Assembly: GCA_963674755.2 (NCBI GenBank)
Contig: CAXXVS010000002.1
Coordinates: forward strand, 1,152,001 to 1,216,000
Direction: 5' to 3'
DNA from: Desulfobacterales bacterium
GTDB taxonomy: Bacteria > Desulfobacterota > Desulfobacteria > Desulfobacterales > UBA5852
DNA length: 64,000 nucleotides
The notes below the pieces were generated by a model, which was given only the letters and a program-made list of their open reading frames with translations, was not told the origin of the DNA and did not search any database. Positions 1 to 11,959 of the stretch are shown here, one piece after another. The first letter of the stretch is position 1. The number at the start of each line of letters is the position of its first letter. A program made the translations under genes and the position numbers.

Positions 1-130
1 TCTGATGATAAGCCTTGTCATTCCCCCGGTTTTTACCGCCCTTGCCGTGTCCGTCCGCCCAGGCGTTGCTGCCGAGTGCCAACGTAAGTCCAACCAGTGC
101 GATGCCAATCATTATGAGCTTGCGTGTCAT
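1..130 (-). CDS. N-terminus of a secreted protein, runs off the window edge
   Basis: Read manually: MTRKLIMIGIALVGLTLALGSNAWADGHGKGG..., signal peptide with AWA cleavage motif, preceded by AAGGAG RBS. Confidence 0.6.
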   Translation of the reverse strand, partial: MTRKLIMIGIALVGLTLALGSNAWADGHGKGGKNRGNDKAYHQ

Positions 131-497
131 GGCGATCTCCTTCGTTTTGGTTTGAGGACAATGCCGTATGGCCTGTTTGACGGGTATGACGAGGGTGCTC
201 ACTAAAAAGTCTACATTTTGAAGGGGAGGAGCTTGACGGGGGAGATTCAGGCTTTTCTGTCCAAGTTTGTCGATGATGCCGAGGAAGCCTTCGATGAAGC
301 GCTGGTCGTCTTGCGGGATGTCGAGTCGTAAGACATCGCGTATGATGACGAGAACTACGAGGATGATTAGAGGCCAGGCCTATGGGGTGCTGCTAAATGG
401 CCATAAAACCGATCAATCGGAGCACCTTCTGCCACTGGGGTCAGGGAAATAAAAAAGGGAATCAAGCTTAACACCTTGATTCCCCTACTCTTCTTTG

Positions 498-575
<78 letters not shown>

Positions 576-853
576 AATGGGCTGTTGTTCAAACGAGGTG
601 CTTCATAAGCCAATCCCTGGTTGATGTCAACGAATAATTGGGCAACGGCCGGATCGAGCTACCCCAGTTGCGGCCGGCCTAGGGTTTGAAGTCGTGCTGC
701 GCTGTCTGGTATCCCCATCGTTGAGCCACCCCGGAAAAATCAATTCAATCGGGCGAAAACACTTTTTTGAGATAACTTCTATTCAACGGTTCTTGCCTCC
801 GGGCGCCAAATCCTCTATGAAGCTTTGGTTTGCCATTATTTACAGGGAGAACC

Positions 854-2675
<1,822 letters not shown>

Positions 2676-2676
<1 letters not shown>

Positions 2677-2752
2677 ATGCTGGTTTCTGGATACTGGATG
2701 CTGGGGACTGGATGCTGGATACTTGATGCTGGATGTTGGATTCTTGACGCCG
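2676..2752. repeat. Degenerate heptamer tandem repeat (GATGCTG)n, about 11 units
   Basis: gatgctg gtttctg gatactg gatgctg gggactg gatgctg gatactt gatgctg gatgttg gattctt gacgccg directly after the purA stop. Confidence 0.85.
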
Positions 2753-2834
2753 GGTCAAAAGCCTTTTTGCCCAAAGCCAAACGGAAAAATTGATTGACAT
2801 TTTAGGAGGTCTTTACTAATCAAGTCAGTCTTGT

Positions 2835-2911
2835 CGGGAAGTGGCTCAGCCTGGTAGAGCACAGCGTTCGGGACGCTGGGGTCGCTGGTTCAAATCCAGT
2901 CTTCCCGACCA
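2835..2911 (+). tRNA. tRNA-Pro(CGG), prophage integration target (attL)
   Basis: CGGGAAGTGGCTCAG...CAGCG-TTCGGGA-CGCTG...GGTTCAAATCC...CCCGACCA. Confidence 0.97.
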
Positions 2912-2925
2912 AATTAAAACAAGTA

Positions 2926-2965
2926 CTTAGGGCGCCTTTCAAAAAGAGGGCGCCCTAAGTTTTTG
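2926..2965 (+). terminator. Intrinsic terminator after tRNA-Pro
   Basis: ACTTAGGGCGCC...GGCGCCCTAAGT inverted repeat followed by TTTT. Confidence 0.75.
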
Positions 2966-3052
2966 GTAACTTGGTTACCAATAGTTAGCTTGTCTAACTA
3001 ATATCGACCGCACTGTCTTCAAGACCACCTGCCCGGGCACCGATTCACCAAT

Positions 3053-3081
3053 AAAAAAGGGCGGGGAAAATTCCCGCCCTT
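3053..3081 (-). terminator. Intrinsic terminator of the late (lysis) operon
   Basis: AAGGGCGGG-gaaaatt-CCCGCCCTT hairpin with a T-tract on the minus strand, just downstream of the last lysis gene. Confidence 0.7.
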
Positions 3082-3110
3082 CCTCAAATTAAACCCTGTT
3101 TTACCGGCTG

Positions 3111-3533
3111 CTAACTCCGGACTTTGCTCTTCAAAATGTCGACCAAACCTGAATTTTTCAGAGCGCGTTCACCGAACCAAAAAGCAAGGACAATGATATT
3201 GATCGCCTTCAGCATCGCGATCGCTTCCGGTGCCCAGGTCGACGTTTGCCCGGTGAAAAACAAAAAGTCGAACCAGCCGACCAGGATCGTGAACGCCGGC
3301 CGGATCATGGCTCGCAAAATGACGATAAGGCGCGGGACGTCTTTCGCGGCGCCTTCGTATTGCACGACAAAATCTCGGAAAGCGCTTGATTCGGATCGCG
3401 CTTCCTTCGCGATGAACATTTCCATATTTTGTTTGAGTTCGGCCTGGTCTTTTTCCGACATCTTGTCGCGGACGAATTTATCAAGACCCGTGTTAACCAG
3501 GTCGAAGACCGCCGAAACCGGATCAAACGCCAT
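3111..3533 (-). CDS. Holin-family membrane protein (3TM/GTA-type)
   Basis: IRPAFT motif, two C-terminal hydrophobic segments, AFWFGER motif, position in lysis cassette. Confidence 0.7.
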   Translation of the reverse strand: MAFDPVSAVFDLVNTGLDKFVRDKMSEKDQAELKQNMEMFIAKEARSESSAFRDFVVQYEGAAKDVPRLIVILRAMIRPAFTILVGWFDFLFFTGQTSTWAPEAIAMLKAINIIVLAFWFGERALKNSGLVDILKSKVRS

Positions 3534-3566
3534 GATGATTACCCCCCTCCCCTTCCGCCCCAGGTA

Positions 3567-3764
3567 TTAAACTCCCCTGGTGGCCTTTTTTAGCGCATAC
3601 GCCCTTGCCCGCGCCTTCGCCTTCAGCTCTTCGAATTCGGCCCGGATCGTGTCGTCAACGTTAAAAGCTTTTTCCAAATGCTTTTGATTGTTGCGCGCGA
3701 TAAAATAGGTAACGATCGCGCCGATAAGACCCCCGATGAAAAACACCATGACCAGCTCGAACAT
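3567..3764 (-). CDS. Small membrane-anchored phage protein (lysis module)
   Basis: N-terminal TM helix plus coiled coil; GGGGAAGG RBS. Confidence 0.55.
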   Translation of the reverse strand: MFELVMVFFIGGLIGAIVTYFIARNNQKHLEKAFNVDDTIRAEFEELKAKARARAYALKKATRGV

Positions 3765-3781
3765 GACCTTCCCCCTTCCGT

Positions 3782-4207
3782 TTAAGAGTGGCAGTAAGGG
3801 CCGACATCGAACGATGTGATCAAGAGCGATGATTCGGCCGCGTTGTTCATTCTTTCGAGAAATAGACGGAATGCGGCGCTTGAAGACAATACGGCGCGTC
3901 GATCGATGCGACCGATCGACATGCCGGGCGCGATGCAGCCCTTTAAATCCGCGATGGTATTCCCGACGTGGAAAAGGATGCCGTTTCTTCCGGGTACGTC
4001 TTCAACCTGGTAGGTCGGGCCAAACTTTTCCGTGCCGAACCACGTTGCACGCTGCCGGACGGTATAGAGCCCGGGTGGAATACAGGAAATGCCGTTTTGA
4101 TTGCTGCGCCATGGCAATTCGAGTGAAAAGCAGATGATTTCCCCAGCGACGGAAAGAACGCCGAAGGTGCCGTCTTCCGTGTGTTCATGCCTGAAAATCT
4201 GAATCAT
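3782..4207 (-). CDS. DUF5675-like protein, putative endolysin
   Basis: TFGVL...LELPW..N...SCIPPG.Y...VPGR.GILFH.GN....GCI motifs; lysis cassette position. Confidence 0.7.
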   Translation of the reverse strand: MIQIFRHEHTEDGTFGVLSVAGEIICFSLELPWRSNQNGISCIPPGLYTVRQRATWFGTEKFGPTYQVEDVPGRNGILFHVGNTIADLKGCIAPGMSIGRIDRRAVLSSSAAFRLFLERMNNAAESSLLITSFDVGPYCHS

Positions 4208-4653
4208 TTCTTTAGAAGCCTTTCTATCCGATCGTTCAGCAGCGCTGCATTCGTGTTGAGTTGATTGATCGAATGGTTGAGATCCGCGAACTTCTGGTCG
4301 CCGTCTTCCAATCGCTTGATCAGCGATGAAACCCGCTCTTCCATACGCGCCATGTCCGGCTTGATGTCCGTCACGACCTTTTCAACGGAACTGATCCGCT
4401 TCAAATGTTCGCCGCAACGATCCGGGTCCCATTTCCTGCGGTCCATGACCGGCCCGGCCGGTGTTTCGATTGTCGCCCGGCCGCGCTCTTCTTTTTTCGC
4501 TTTGTAGAAATCAAAACCGATTTTGCCCGATATCGCTGACACCTGGAGCGTCAAAAAAGCCATGACAAGGCGCAGCCAGGCCGGCAATTCCCCGCCTTGG
4601 GTCAGACATTCGCGCACAACCGCTTCAATTGCTTTGGTGGTTTCCGGGTCCAT
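4204..4653 (-). CDS. Phage membrane protein with C-terminal coiled coil
   Basis: One hydrophobic segment then heptad-rich C-terminus; ATGA-type overlap with the next gene. Confidence 0.55.
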   Translation of the reverse strand: MDPETTKAIEAVVRECLTQGGELPAWLRLVMAFLTLQVSAISGKIGFDFYKAKKEERGRATIETPAGPVMDRRKWDPDRCGEHLKRISSVEKVVTDIKPDMARMEERVSSLIKRLEDGDQKFADLNHSINQLNTNAALLNDRIERLLKK

Positions 4654-4670
4654 AAGTAAAATCGTCCTCT

Positions 4671-5471
4671 TTAACTTAGGCTGATAGCGCAGCCGCCGGC
4701 CGGGATCCGCACGACATCGCCCGACGCCGGCGACGCCTCATCGATGCCGGTATCGTAAAACAGCAGATTGCCGGCCGCCGCCGCGTCCGCGATCGCCATC
4801 GCGGTCAGGATCCCCCAGGTGCCGGTGGGCGTGTTGAAATTGACGACAGCCAGGTTGTCGACCAGCCCGGCGGCCGCCAGCCCCCAGGAAGGCGAGGCCC
4901 CGCCATTCGGATTGACGAGCGCGCGTGCATAGCCATTGCCCGGTTCGGTGATCGTGTACCCGGTATCCGCGTCGGATACTTCCGCTGTGCAAAGCGCCAG
5001 ATAGATTGCCGGCGATGCAAAGGCCTGGTTGCGGAACATGAAATCAAGCAGGGCATTGGCCAGATAGTCGGAAAAGCCCCCCGCGTTGAAACCAATCGCC
5101 ACTTCGCCGGCCGCAACACTCGGGTTGTTGCCCGTGACCACGTTTTTCGCCAGGACCAGCGATCCATGGGCCAACATGTTGCCCGCGGACAGCGCGTCGA
5201 ACAGTGCCCAATGGCTGACCAGACCCCAGGGTGCGGTTACCGTGTCGAACTGTACCAGTGCGCTTTGCTCTATTGCGCGACCGGCCGCCGCGTCGAAAGC
5301 GATCGCCTTGCGCGCATATCCGCCCCCCGACGGTTCGGCCAGACCGGCGCCGGTGTCCAAAGGATCGGCCGTCGACAAGCCCAAGTAGACCGTTGCCGGC
5401 GGCGTGTAGGTCACTCCGTTTAGGATGTGATCCAGAAGTTTGTTTTCGGCGAAATCGCTGATGCTTCCCAT
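4671..5471 (-). CDS. Phage tail fibre/structural protein with two tandem ~125-aa repeats
   Basis: Repeat SDFAENKLLDH...P.TVYLGLSTA...EP.GGGYAR occurs twice. Confidence 0.75.
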   Translation of the reverse strand: MGSISDFAENKLLDHILNGVTYTPPATVYLGLSTADPLDTGAGLAEPSGGGYARKAIAFDAAAGRAIEQSALVQFDTVTAPWGLVSHWALFDALSAGNMLAHGSLVLAKNVVTGNNPSVAAGEVAIGFNAGGFSDYLANALLDFMFRNQAFASPAIYLALCTAEVSDADTGYTITEPGNGYARALVNPNGGASPSWGLAAAGLVDNLAVVNFNTPTGTWGILTAMAIADAAAAGNLLFYDTGIDEASPASGDVVRIPAGGCAISLS

Positions 5472-5484
5472 TTGAATTTCTCCC

Positions 5485-8400
5485 CTATGAGGCTTTCATG
5501 ATGAAGACCACGGTCCGGTGTGAGGGTTGCCAGGCATGACCGTTTAGCGTGCCATTATGGGTATGGATGAAGTCGGCATCCGTATGCCGCATGGCGATTC
5601 GTTGATTGGCCGGCATGGATGCCGTTTCGTTTTCGTGATCATGGACGCCGAAACCGTGGGTCGTGGAAATGCTGATATCGATCGTATGGTCGCCCGTCCC
5701 GGAAATATTCTCGTTACCTGTGGCAACGATTTCGATGAAACAATCCCGCAAGTCCGGTGTCCCGCTGGTGCCGTCGCAGATCAACCAGCCGCCGGGCGGC
5801 GTCCAGGATTCCCACATGCCGATCATGCCGGCGCTGGGTGCGAAGGCGGCCGATGCATTCGACCAGGCGGACAACAGTTTGCGCTTTAAATCCGGCGTCA
5901 CATTGACCGTAATTCCGGTGGGTGTGTGCTCACCATCATAGGTGAACCATTCCACCGTGTAGACAATGGTCCGATGATCGGCATCGACAAAGGTTGTGTG
6001 GGCATGGAATCCGCCTTCAGTCAGGTCGGCAGTCGGGCTGTTACCCCCGCCGTTTGCAGGCCCGCCGGCGTTGTTTATCCTCAAGTTGCGACCGGCCATG
6101 TTGATAAGATTGGTCAAGCCCGACAAGTTCCCGGTGGAAAGAACAACCGCATTAATGGGAATTTCTTCTTGGTCGGCGGTCGCCTGAATAAACGGGAAGC
6201 TTCCGTAGGGAGGTGTATAGTTGAAGGTTTCCAGAGTATGCGTATGACCGCCGGCAGCCACTGGTGGTGAACAACAGGGGTTCATGGCCACGCCGCCCAC
6301 ATCTTTGGGAACATAGAATGTCCCGCCGACAGCAAGATGCTCTCCGGCTTCGGAAAGCTCCAAGTAGGGAGAGGCGGCGGCCGCTCCGCCGGTATCCACA
6401 ACGGGATCGGCGCTGGTGGGCGCACCTTTCAGGAAATTGGCTTCGGATCCGCCCAACCATAGGGTCCAGCTGGCGGGCAGACTGGCCGGGTTTCCGTTAA
6501 AGGGCAGAATGAGGCCGGCGGGTACGGGAGAGCTTGCGCCGCCAAGGTCAATGGCCGTGGTCTGGGTAACGCCGGCAATCGTTGCGGTGGGTTCTACGAG
6601 GTTGAATACATCTATCGCCGTGGTCAACGTAGCGCCGCTCAGGGCGGCAGTAATCGAAAATTCGATTGCAAAATCGATTGCCGTAGTTTGGGTAGCGACG
6701 GCCATGGATGCGGATAGCTCCAGGGTCGCACCCACGTTAAGAACTTCAATCGTGCTGGTTTGGGTAGTCCCCTCCAGCGCGGCCGTCAGTTCGTTCAGTA
6801 GTACAAGCACCGCCGCCGTTGTGTCGGTTCCGGACGTCATGACCACCGTCAAATCGAAGTCGAGCACAAGGACGGCCGGCGCAGTTTCCGTATCAACCAC
6901 CATGGACGCGGCCAAATCGAATTGCGAAGCAGCAAAAACCGCCTTGATATGGATCGCGGCGGCCACATCGACCATGTCCATGATCCGGAAGTGATCGATT
7001 TGTGGCTTGATGAGGCGCAGCAAGGCTTTGTCCAGGGCGTCGCCTGATGAGAAATCGAAATTGATAACGTCGCCCCGCTCCAGATCGCTGCCTGAATAGC
7101 CGCAATCCATTTCAACGATGATACGCGGGAAGGCTTGTTCCTTTAGCCGCAAAGACAAAACGTCCAGGGCTTGCTGTTCGTCGATAATGAACGGAAAAGA
7201 AAGTTGACTGCCTTCCAACGTCCCGAATTTAGAAATGCTGGCCGCGTTTTCCGCTACAACAATCGCACGGTTCGCCTCGATGCTATCGCCATGCCCGGAC
7301 CACTCTCGGCCAAATAGTCCCGTTTTTCGGTTAACGATATCAACCCGTGGCGTAAAATGAAGGCGGCCTTGCCCCTGGTCGATGCGATCGGCGGTCAATG
7401 TTTTGGCGGCCGTTATGTCGCCGCCGATCGGAACCATTTCATGCGTCCCAGCCCCCCAAAATTCCATAGAACAGGCTTGAACCGCGATTTGGTTCAACAG
7501 TTCGCGAACGTTCGGCCGCTCCAAAACCGCAACGCCCAGGCGATAGCCATTGGCAGCGAAAAACGCGCCGGCGGCCGCATAGCTTGCTCCGATCGCATCG
7601 TTTGACAGGCCGCAACGGTCCAAAAGAATATGCTTGCAAATATGGTCCGGCCTTTCAATGAGCCCGAAAGGCGTGCCGGTATAGGTTCCCAGATCATCGT
7701 CCTGCCATCCCCTGATATCGACGGACACTTCGCTACCGATAACAACATCGGCGCCCGAATTCCCGGACAGAACAACGGTTCCAAGCTTCGATGCCGCGCC
7801 AAGCTTTGCAACCCCTGTCGCTTCCGAGGAATCAACCCGGTATTCGACGTCAAGCCACAACGCACAGCACATCATATGGGACAGGATGCTGTAACCCTGA
7901 ACCTTAAAATATCCGTTATTTATTTCGGACCAAGTAACACCTGAACAACTTTCCCAGGAGGTGACAACATTTGTTATCGTATGTTGCCCGGTTTTGACCG
8001 TTACGCGACTAACAATCGTTCCGTCGCTGGCCCGAAAAGAACCATAGATCGTCCCTTCGGTCACGCCTTCCGGCCAATAATAAACGATACCCAACCGCCA
8101 GCGGTATGGCGTCCCGCCAGGATTTTTCCAACCACAAAAGTCAAACGTCGCGACCGTGCTATCATAAATAAAGGCCATGGTATCCGGTACAAATCCTAAA
8201 ACCCGTTCCATATAATCACCATAGGTTCCGGGAGTTGTTTTTGACCGGATTGATTCGGGGTTTAAGGTGATATAGGCAAGATCACCGTGTTTGTGCGATC
8301 CTTGGTTGACATCTATCGTATCTTCGACTTCGATTTGATCTTCAATATTGATTTGTTTGGTAAGCGACGGCATCGTATTGAAGGCGATAACGGCGCGGCC

Positions 8401-9345
8401 AGGATAGGACGGGTGTTCGTCGCCGGATAGCCCCGTATAGGCCGTATAGTTGCCGCTTTGCCGAATCCGGTCGACATAGACCGCGACAACGGACTGAATC
8501 GGATGCCCCCAGGCGTAAACATAGGTACTTTGCACCTCGGAAACGGCGACCCCGGCCGCATGGTTTGCGGCCTTTGTCCCGCCTTGTCCGCGCGCGCAAC
8601 CGGTCAAACTGTTCGCGACGATCCCGGAATAGGTGATTTTTTCAAGTTCGATCTGGACCGTTCCGCTTGTCGCGAATCCGGTTGCATCGCTTATCGCTAT
8701 GCTGGTCGTGGTTGAATTGATAGCCACGACCAACCCGGTCCGGTTGCCGGCATCCACGGCGCGAAAAGGAACATGTTTTAGCCTTCCGTATCCCTGTCCC
8801 AACATCTTGCCGATATCGTCCGGGTCCGCGCTCGGAAAGGCATCGCTTGTCAAAATCGTATGGTCGAAGCGGTTCGCAATATCGAGTTCGAAGCCGGAAA
8901 GGGTCAACGTGACGCGGTCGGTTTCCATGTCCAGGGTGTCTTCAATCCGCCCTTTAAATCTGAAAACCTCATCGCTTGCCGATGTTGCGCCGATAAATAT
9001 CTTGGTAATTTCAACCGCGGCATAATGAGGATCATACAAAGAAAATAGTTCCGTGAATCGATCGGCGCCGCCAATGGGAACCGTATTATCGATAACGACT
9101 TCGGTTTCGCCGGGGTTTACCGCATAGCTAACCGGATCAATGGCGCCATGATTGTTCGCGCCCCAGGCTATAACGACGGGTTCGTAAATTTCACCCTTGA
9201 AAACATATTCTTCCCCCGGCGTGCCCCATACCTGGCCGCAAAGCCGCAGCGTGAAGCCGCCTTCAAAGGTGATCCTTAACAGCTTGACTGGTGCCACAAA
9301 CGGTTTGTCAATTGTGGATATGATTTCCGGGGATAGGCTTTTCAT
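5485..9345 (-). CDS. Large tail tip/central fibre protein with C-terminal tail-collar-like domains
   Basis: Follows Dit-like gene; Thr/Ala-rich repeats; C-terminal PGGWLICDGTSGTPDLRD collar motif. Confidence 0.75.
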   Translation of the reverse strand: MKSLSPEIISTIDKPFVAPVKLLRITFEGGFTLRLCGQVWGTPGEEYVFKGEIYEPVVIAWGANNHGAIDPVSYAVNPGETEVVIDNTVPIGGADRFTELFSLYDPHYAAVEITKIFIGATSASDEVFRFKGRIEDTLDMETDRVTLTLSGFELDIANRFDHTILTSDAFPSADPDDIGKMLGQGYGRLKHVPFRAVDAGNRTGLVVAINSTTTSIAISDATGFATSGTVQIELEKITYSGIVANSLTGCARGQGGTKAANHAAGVAVSEVQSTYVYAWGHPIQSVVAVYVDRIRQSGNYTAYTGLSGDEHPSYPGRAVIAFNTMPSLTKQINIEDQIEVEDTIDVNQGSHKHGDLAYITLNPESIRSKTTPGTYGDYMERVLGFVPDTMAFIYDSTVATFDFCGWKNPGGTPYRWRLGIVYYWPEGVTEGTIYGSFRASDGTIVSRVTVKTGQHTITNVVTSWESCSGVTWSEINNGYFKVQGYSILSHMMCCALWLDVEYRVDSSEATGVAKLGAASKLGTVVLSGNSGADVVIGSEVSVDIRGWQDDDLGTYTGTPFGLIERPDHICKHILLDRCGLSNDAIGASYAAAGAFFAANGYRLGVAVLERPNVRELLNQIAVQACSMEFWGAGTHEMVPIGGDITAAKTLTADRIDQGQGRLHFTPRVDIVNRKTGLFGREWSGHGDSIEANRAIVVAENAASISKFGTLEGSQLSFPFIIDEQQALDVLSLRLKEQAFPRIIVEMDCGYSGSDLERGDVINFDFSSGDALDKALLRLIKPQIDHFRIMDMVDVAAAIHIKAVFAASQFDLAASMVVDTETAPAVLVLDFDLTVVMTSGTDTTAAVLVLLNELTAALEGTTQTSTIEVLNVGATLELSASMAVATQTTAIDFAIEFSITAALSGATLTTAIDVFNLVEPTATIAGVTQTTAIDLGGASSPVPAGLILPFNGNPASLPASWTLWLGGSEANFLKGAPTSADPVVDTGGAAAASPYLELSEAGEHLAVGGTFYVPKDVGGVAMNPCCSPPVAAGGHTHTLETFNYTPPYGSFPFIQATADQEEIPINAVVLSTGNLSGLTNLINMAGRNLRINNAGGPANGGGNSPTADLTEGGFHAHTTFVDADHRTIVYTVEWFTYDGEHTPTGITVNVTPDLKRKLLSAWSNASAAFAPSAGMIGMWESWTPPGGWLICDGTSGTPDLRDCFIEIVATGNENISGTGDHTIDISISTTHGFGVHDHENETASMPANQRIAMRHTDADFIHTHNGTLNGHAWQPSHRTVVFIMKAS

Positions 9346-9348
9346 AGC

Positions 9349-10095
9349 TTAAAGCATTTCAATCAACTGGACGTCGACGCGCGTGTGTGTCGCGTGGTTG
9401 AAATCGAACTGCGGCACTTCCACAAAACGCGCCAGGAAATAGGCGCCCCGATGGTCCTTGAAATAAAACGGCTGTGAGTAGCCATCGAGATAGCCGACAA
9501 CTGTTTCGAATTCAGCGAATTCGGCCTCTGACAGGAAAAAGGTGTATCGCCGGACCTTCCGTGCCGGCCCGTATTTGGTCGAGCGCTCCACGCCGCCGAT
9601 GGTGGTATTCCACTGCACGTTAACCGCATCTTCGCCGGTGGGGTTTTCTTCCCGCAGGCAATTGAATGCGAAGCCTTGCGAGAGGTAGATTTCCGAGCAG
9701 AACGGGTCGGCCATGCTGGCCAGGGTCAGGCGCCAATAGCGCGCGGTTATGGCGGCGCCCGGCAGCTTCACGATCGGGCTGTTATCGCTTGGTGTCCAGG
9801 GAGGGACGGCGTCGTTGACATCCGCCGCGAAATCATCGTCCGAATACTGCAGCGCCATGGCGGCGCCGGCGAAGTTATGGCGCGGGATGGCCAGGAAGTC
9901 GATCGCCAGATTCCCTTCGGCGCCCTGGTCTACCAGGAACGTCTTCGCTTCCGTTACGGTATCGCGCCAGTAAAGCGAAATGGAGCGATCATAGAGGCGG
10001 GATTCGGGAAAACCCGTGTCGGCCTCGCCGGTGACCGTCACCGTGGCCAGCGCCAACAGGTTGAAGGGGTAGAAATGAACGGTCCAGGTCGCCAT
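9349..10095 (-). CDS. Distal tail (Dit)-like protein
   Basis: Position after tape measure; contains ARYWRL discoidin-like strand. Confidence 0.55.
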   Translation of the reverse strand: MATWTVHFYPFNLLALATVTVTGEADTGFPESRLYDRSISLYWRDTVTEAKTFLVDQGAEGNLAIDFLAIPRHNFAGAAMALQYSDDDFAADVNDAVPPWTPSDNSPIVKLPGAAITARYWRLTLASMADPFCSEIYLSQGFAFNCLREENPTGEDAVNVQWNTTIGGVERSTKYGPARKVRRYTFFLSEAEFAEFETVVGYLDGYSQPFYFKDHRGAYFLARFVEVPQFDFNHATHTRVDVQLIEML

Positions 10096-10096
10096 T

Positions 10097-11452
10097 TCAG
10101 CCGCCCCACCGCTTGTTCAAATCATTCAATACGGTTCGGATTTCCGTCGCGACCGCGCGGGCGGCGCCGCGATCGCCGGTCATGAAGGTCGGCGCGATCG
10201 TTATGTTCCAGGTGTTCCCGCCGCCGGATCGTGCCGCCTTGCTTTCGGAGGGATTCAGGACGATTTCGCCTTTATGGCCGTAAAAAAGACCGTCTTTCGG
10301 AAGCCCGGCCGGCCCGGTGCCAACATCAAAGGAATCGAAACGCGAACTGGGCCCGGTTGTTGCTACTCCCCCGCTTGACGTTGGACTAAAACGTTTATCG
10401 TGCGCACTTTCTGACATGCCGGAAGAAGACAAACCGCTTTGGAACGATCCGCCGCCGGCCGCCGCCACGGCCGGCGAAGATATTTCGCCATAAATGAGCC
10501 GCCCGGCCGTCGTTCCGATGAATTCGCCGACGGTATTCATCAGCGATGCGGCTTGCTTCAACGGCCATAAAAGCATTTCGATGGTTTCTTTGAAGATTTG
10601 TATCTTTTCGTCTAGCTGGTCGACGGGACCGATCCAGTCGGCAAATTTTTGAACCAGTGCTCCAACTTGAGGCGTCAATTCAATGATAAATTCTTTGGCT
10701 TTGTTTATTAATGCGACGAAAACTTCGTTGTCGGTAATGGCAAAGCCGATTGTTTCCAAAAGATCGCCCCATACGCCTTTTAATTGCTTAAGGGCACCGC
10801 CGAAGGTTTTCGCCACCGCTTCGGCCGCGCCGCCGAATTCGCCCTTCAATTCGTCCAAAATAACCTTTTGGGCCTCCATGACGCGGCCCTCTTCCATCAG
10901 GGTCGCCACCAATTCCTTTTGTTCGTCCGTGAAGGAGACACCGACCTTCGATAAGGCGGTCATGCCTTTCAGCGGATCGTTCAAGGCCTTGCCAAGCTGC
11001 ACCATGGACGATTTGAGGTCTTGTTTCATGACGGTGGACATATCCAAGGCCGCCTTGGTGGCCGCCTCGAAGGCCTCGCCCTTGACTTCTTTGAACGTGG
11101 CCAGGATCGACATCCCCGACAAAATCGCTTCATCGCCGAAGGTCGTAACCGATTGCAACCCGGACGCCATCCCCTGCAATTGTTCTAGATTGTACCCGGC
11201 CGCGTGTCCGGTCGTCTCCAGAACGGCGTTTAATTGCGCCTCGGCCTCGCGCTGAACGTTAGCCGCTTCCGTGACGACTTGAACCCCCTTCGCCATGGCG
11301 TAGATGCCGCCGGCCGCCGCGCCGATCCCAAGCGCCACCTTTTGGAGCGAACCGAAGCCGCTTTCAGCGCCGGCCAAGTTCTTCTTGACGGACGCAAAGG
11401 CCTTGTCGGTCTTGTTTTGCGCTTCGATGTCGAATTTGACGTTATCGCCCAA
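10097..11452 (-). CDS. Tail tape measure protein (short, 451 aa)
   Basis: Ala-rich helical, LGKALNDPLKG motif, C-terminal GHKGEIVL motif; follows tail chaperones. Confidence 0.85.
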   Translation of the reverse strand: MGDNVKFDIEAQNKTDKAFASVKKNLAGAESGFGSLQKVALGIGAAAGGIYAMAKGVQVVTEAANVQREAEAQLNAVLETTGHAAGYNLEQLQGMASGLQSVTTFGDEAILSGMSILATFKEVKGEAFEAATKAALDMSTVMKQDLKSSMVQLGKALNDPLKGMTALSKVGVSFTDEQKELVATLMEEGRVMEAQKVILDELKGEFGGAAEAVAKTFGGALKQLKGVWGDLLETIGFAITDNEVFVALINKAKEFIIELTPQVGALVQKFADWIGPVDQLDEKIQIFKETIEMLLWPLKQAASLMNTVGEFIGTTAGRLIYGEISSPAVAAAGGGSFQSGLSSSGMSESAHDKRFSPTSSGGVATTGPSSRFDSFDVGTGPAGLPKDGLFYGHKGEIVLNPSESKAARSGGGNTWNITIAPTFMTGDRGAARAVATEIRTVLNDLNKRWGG

Positions 11453-11465
11453 AACCGGCCCTTCG

Positions 11466-11607
11466 CTATTTCTTCAGGATGTCAATAAAGGCGAGCCAAC
11501 CGTGGAATTCATCTACCGTCATTCCCCCGATTTCGGTGACGGTTTTCCGCAACAGCAAGGCGACCCGGTATCGATCGACTAATCCCGGATCGCTTTTAAA
11601 TTTTTTT
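11466..11607 (-). CDS. Tail assembly chaperone frameshift extension (gpT part of gpGT)
   Basis: -1 frame LRKTVTEIGGMTVDEFHGWLAF, entered via slippery A AAA AAT / T TTA AAA. Confidence 0.7.
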
Positions 11608-11932
11608 CCATGTCCTTCACGCTGGCCACGCCCAGGATCGCATTGGCGACTTCGGCCACGGTCTTGCCATCGGCGGCTTTCCGCAAGGGGTAATAGTCTT
11701 CTTCCGTAAAGATCTTTTCGCCGGCCTCGTTTTCGCACTTCAAAACAAGCGCGCGCGCCAAACCAGCCAGCCCCGACTTTTGCGTCGCGTTGTAGATAAT
11801 GCCCTGTTCTTCGATGGTCAGCGGCGTCCAGTAAACAACCAGCGGCCCGGAATCGTCGCCCCATTCCTGGACTTCCAGGCTTTTGCGGCCGGCCGCTTTG
11901 TGTTTCGCCTTGATTCGGTCAATAACCGACAT
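11579..11932 (-). CDS. Tail assembly chaperone (gpG-like)
   Basis: Between tail tube and tape measure genes; GGAGG RBS. Confidence 0.75.
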   Translation of the reverse strand: MSVIDRIKAKHKAAGRKSLEVQEWGDDSGPLVVYWTPLTIEEQGIIYNATQKSGLAGLARALVLKCENEAGEKIFTEEDYYPLRKAADGKTVAEVANAILGVASVKDMEKNLKAIRD

Positions 11933-11959
11933 GCTTATGCCCTCCAGCTCGCGAAAAAC

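Noticed and set aside
230..460. Second island or transposase remnant downstream of tRNA-Arg
   Set aside because: Only a short start-less open frame on the minus strand, with no recognisable motif or att duplication inside the window
2790..2822. Sigma70 promoter for tRNA-Pro
   Set aside because: Perfect TTGACA but no convincing -10 at 16-18 bp spacing, so not called
5485..9345. Diversity-generating retroelement or invertible tail-fibre shufflon
   Set aside because: No reverse transcriptase, no template/variable repeat pair and no inverted alternative C-termini were seen
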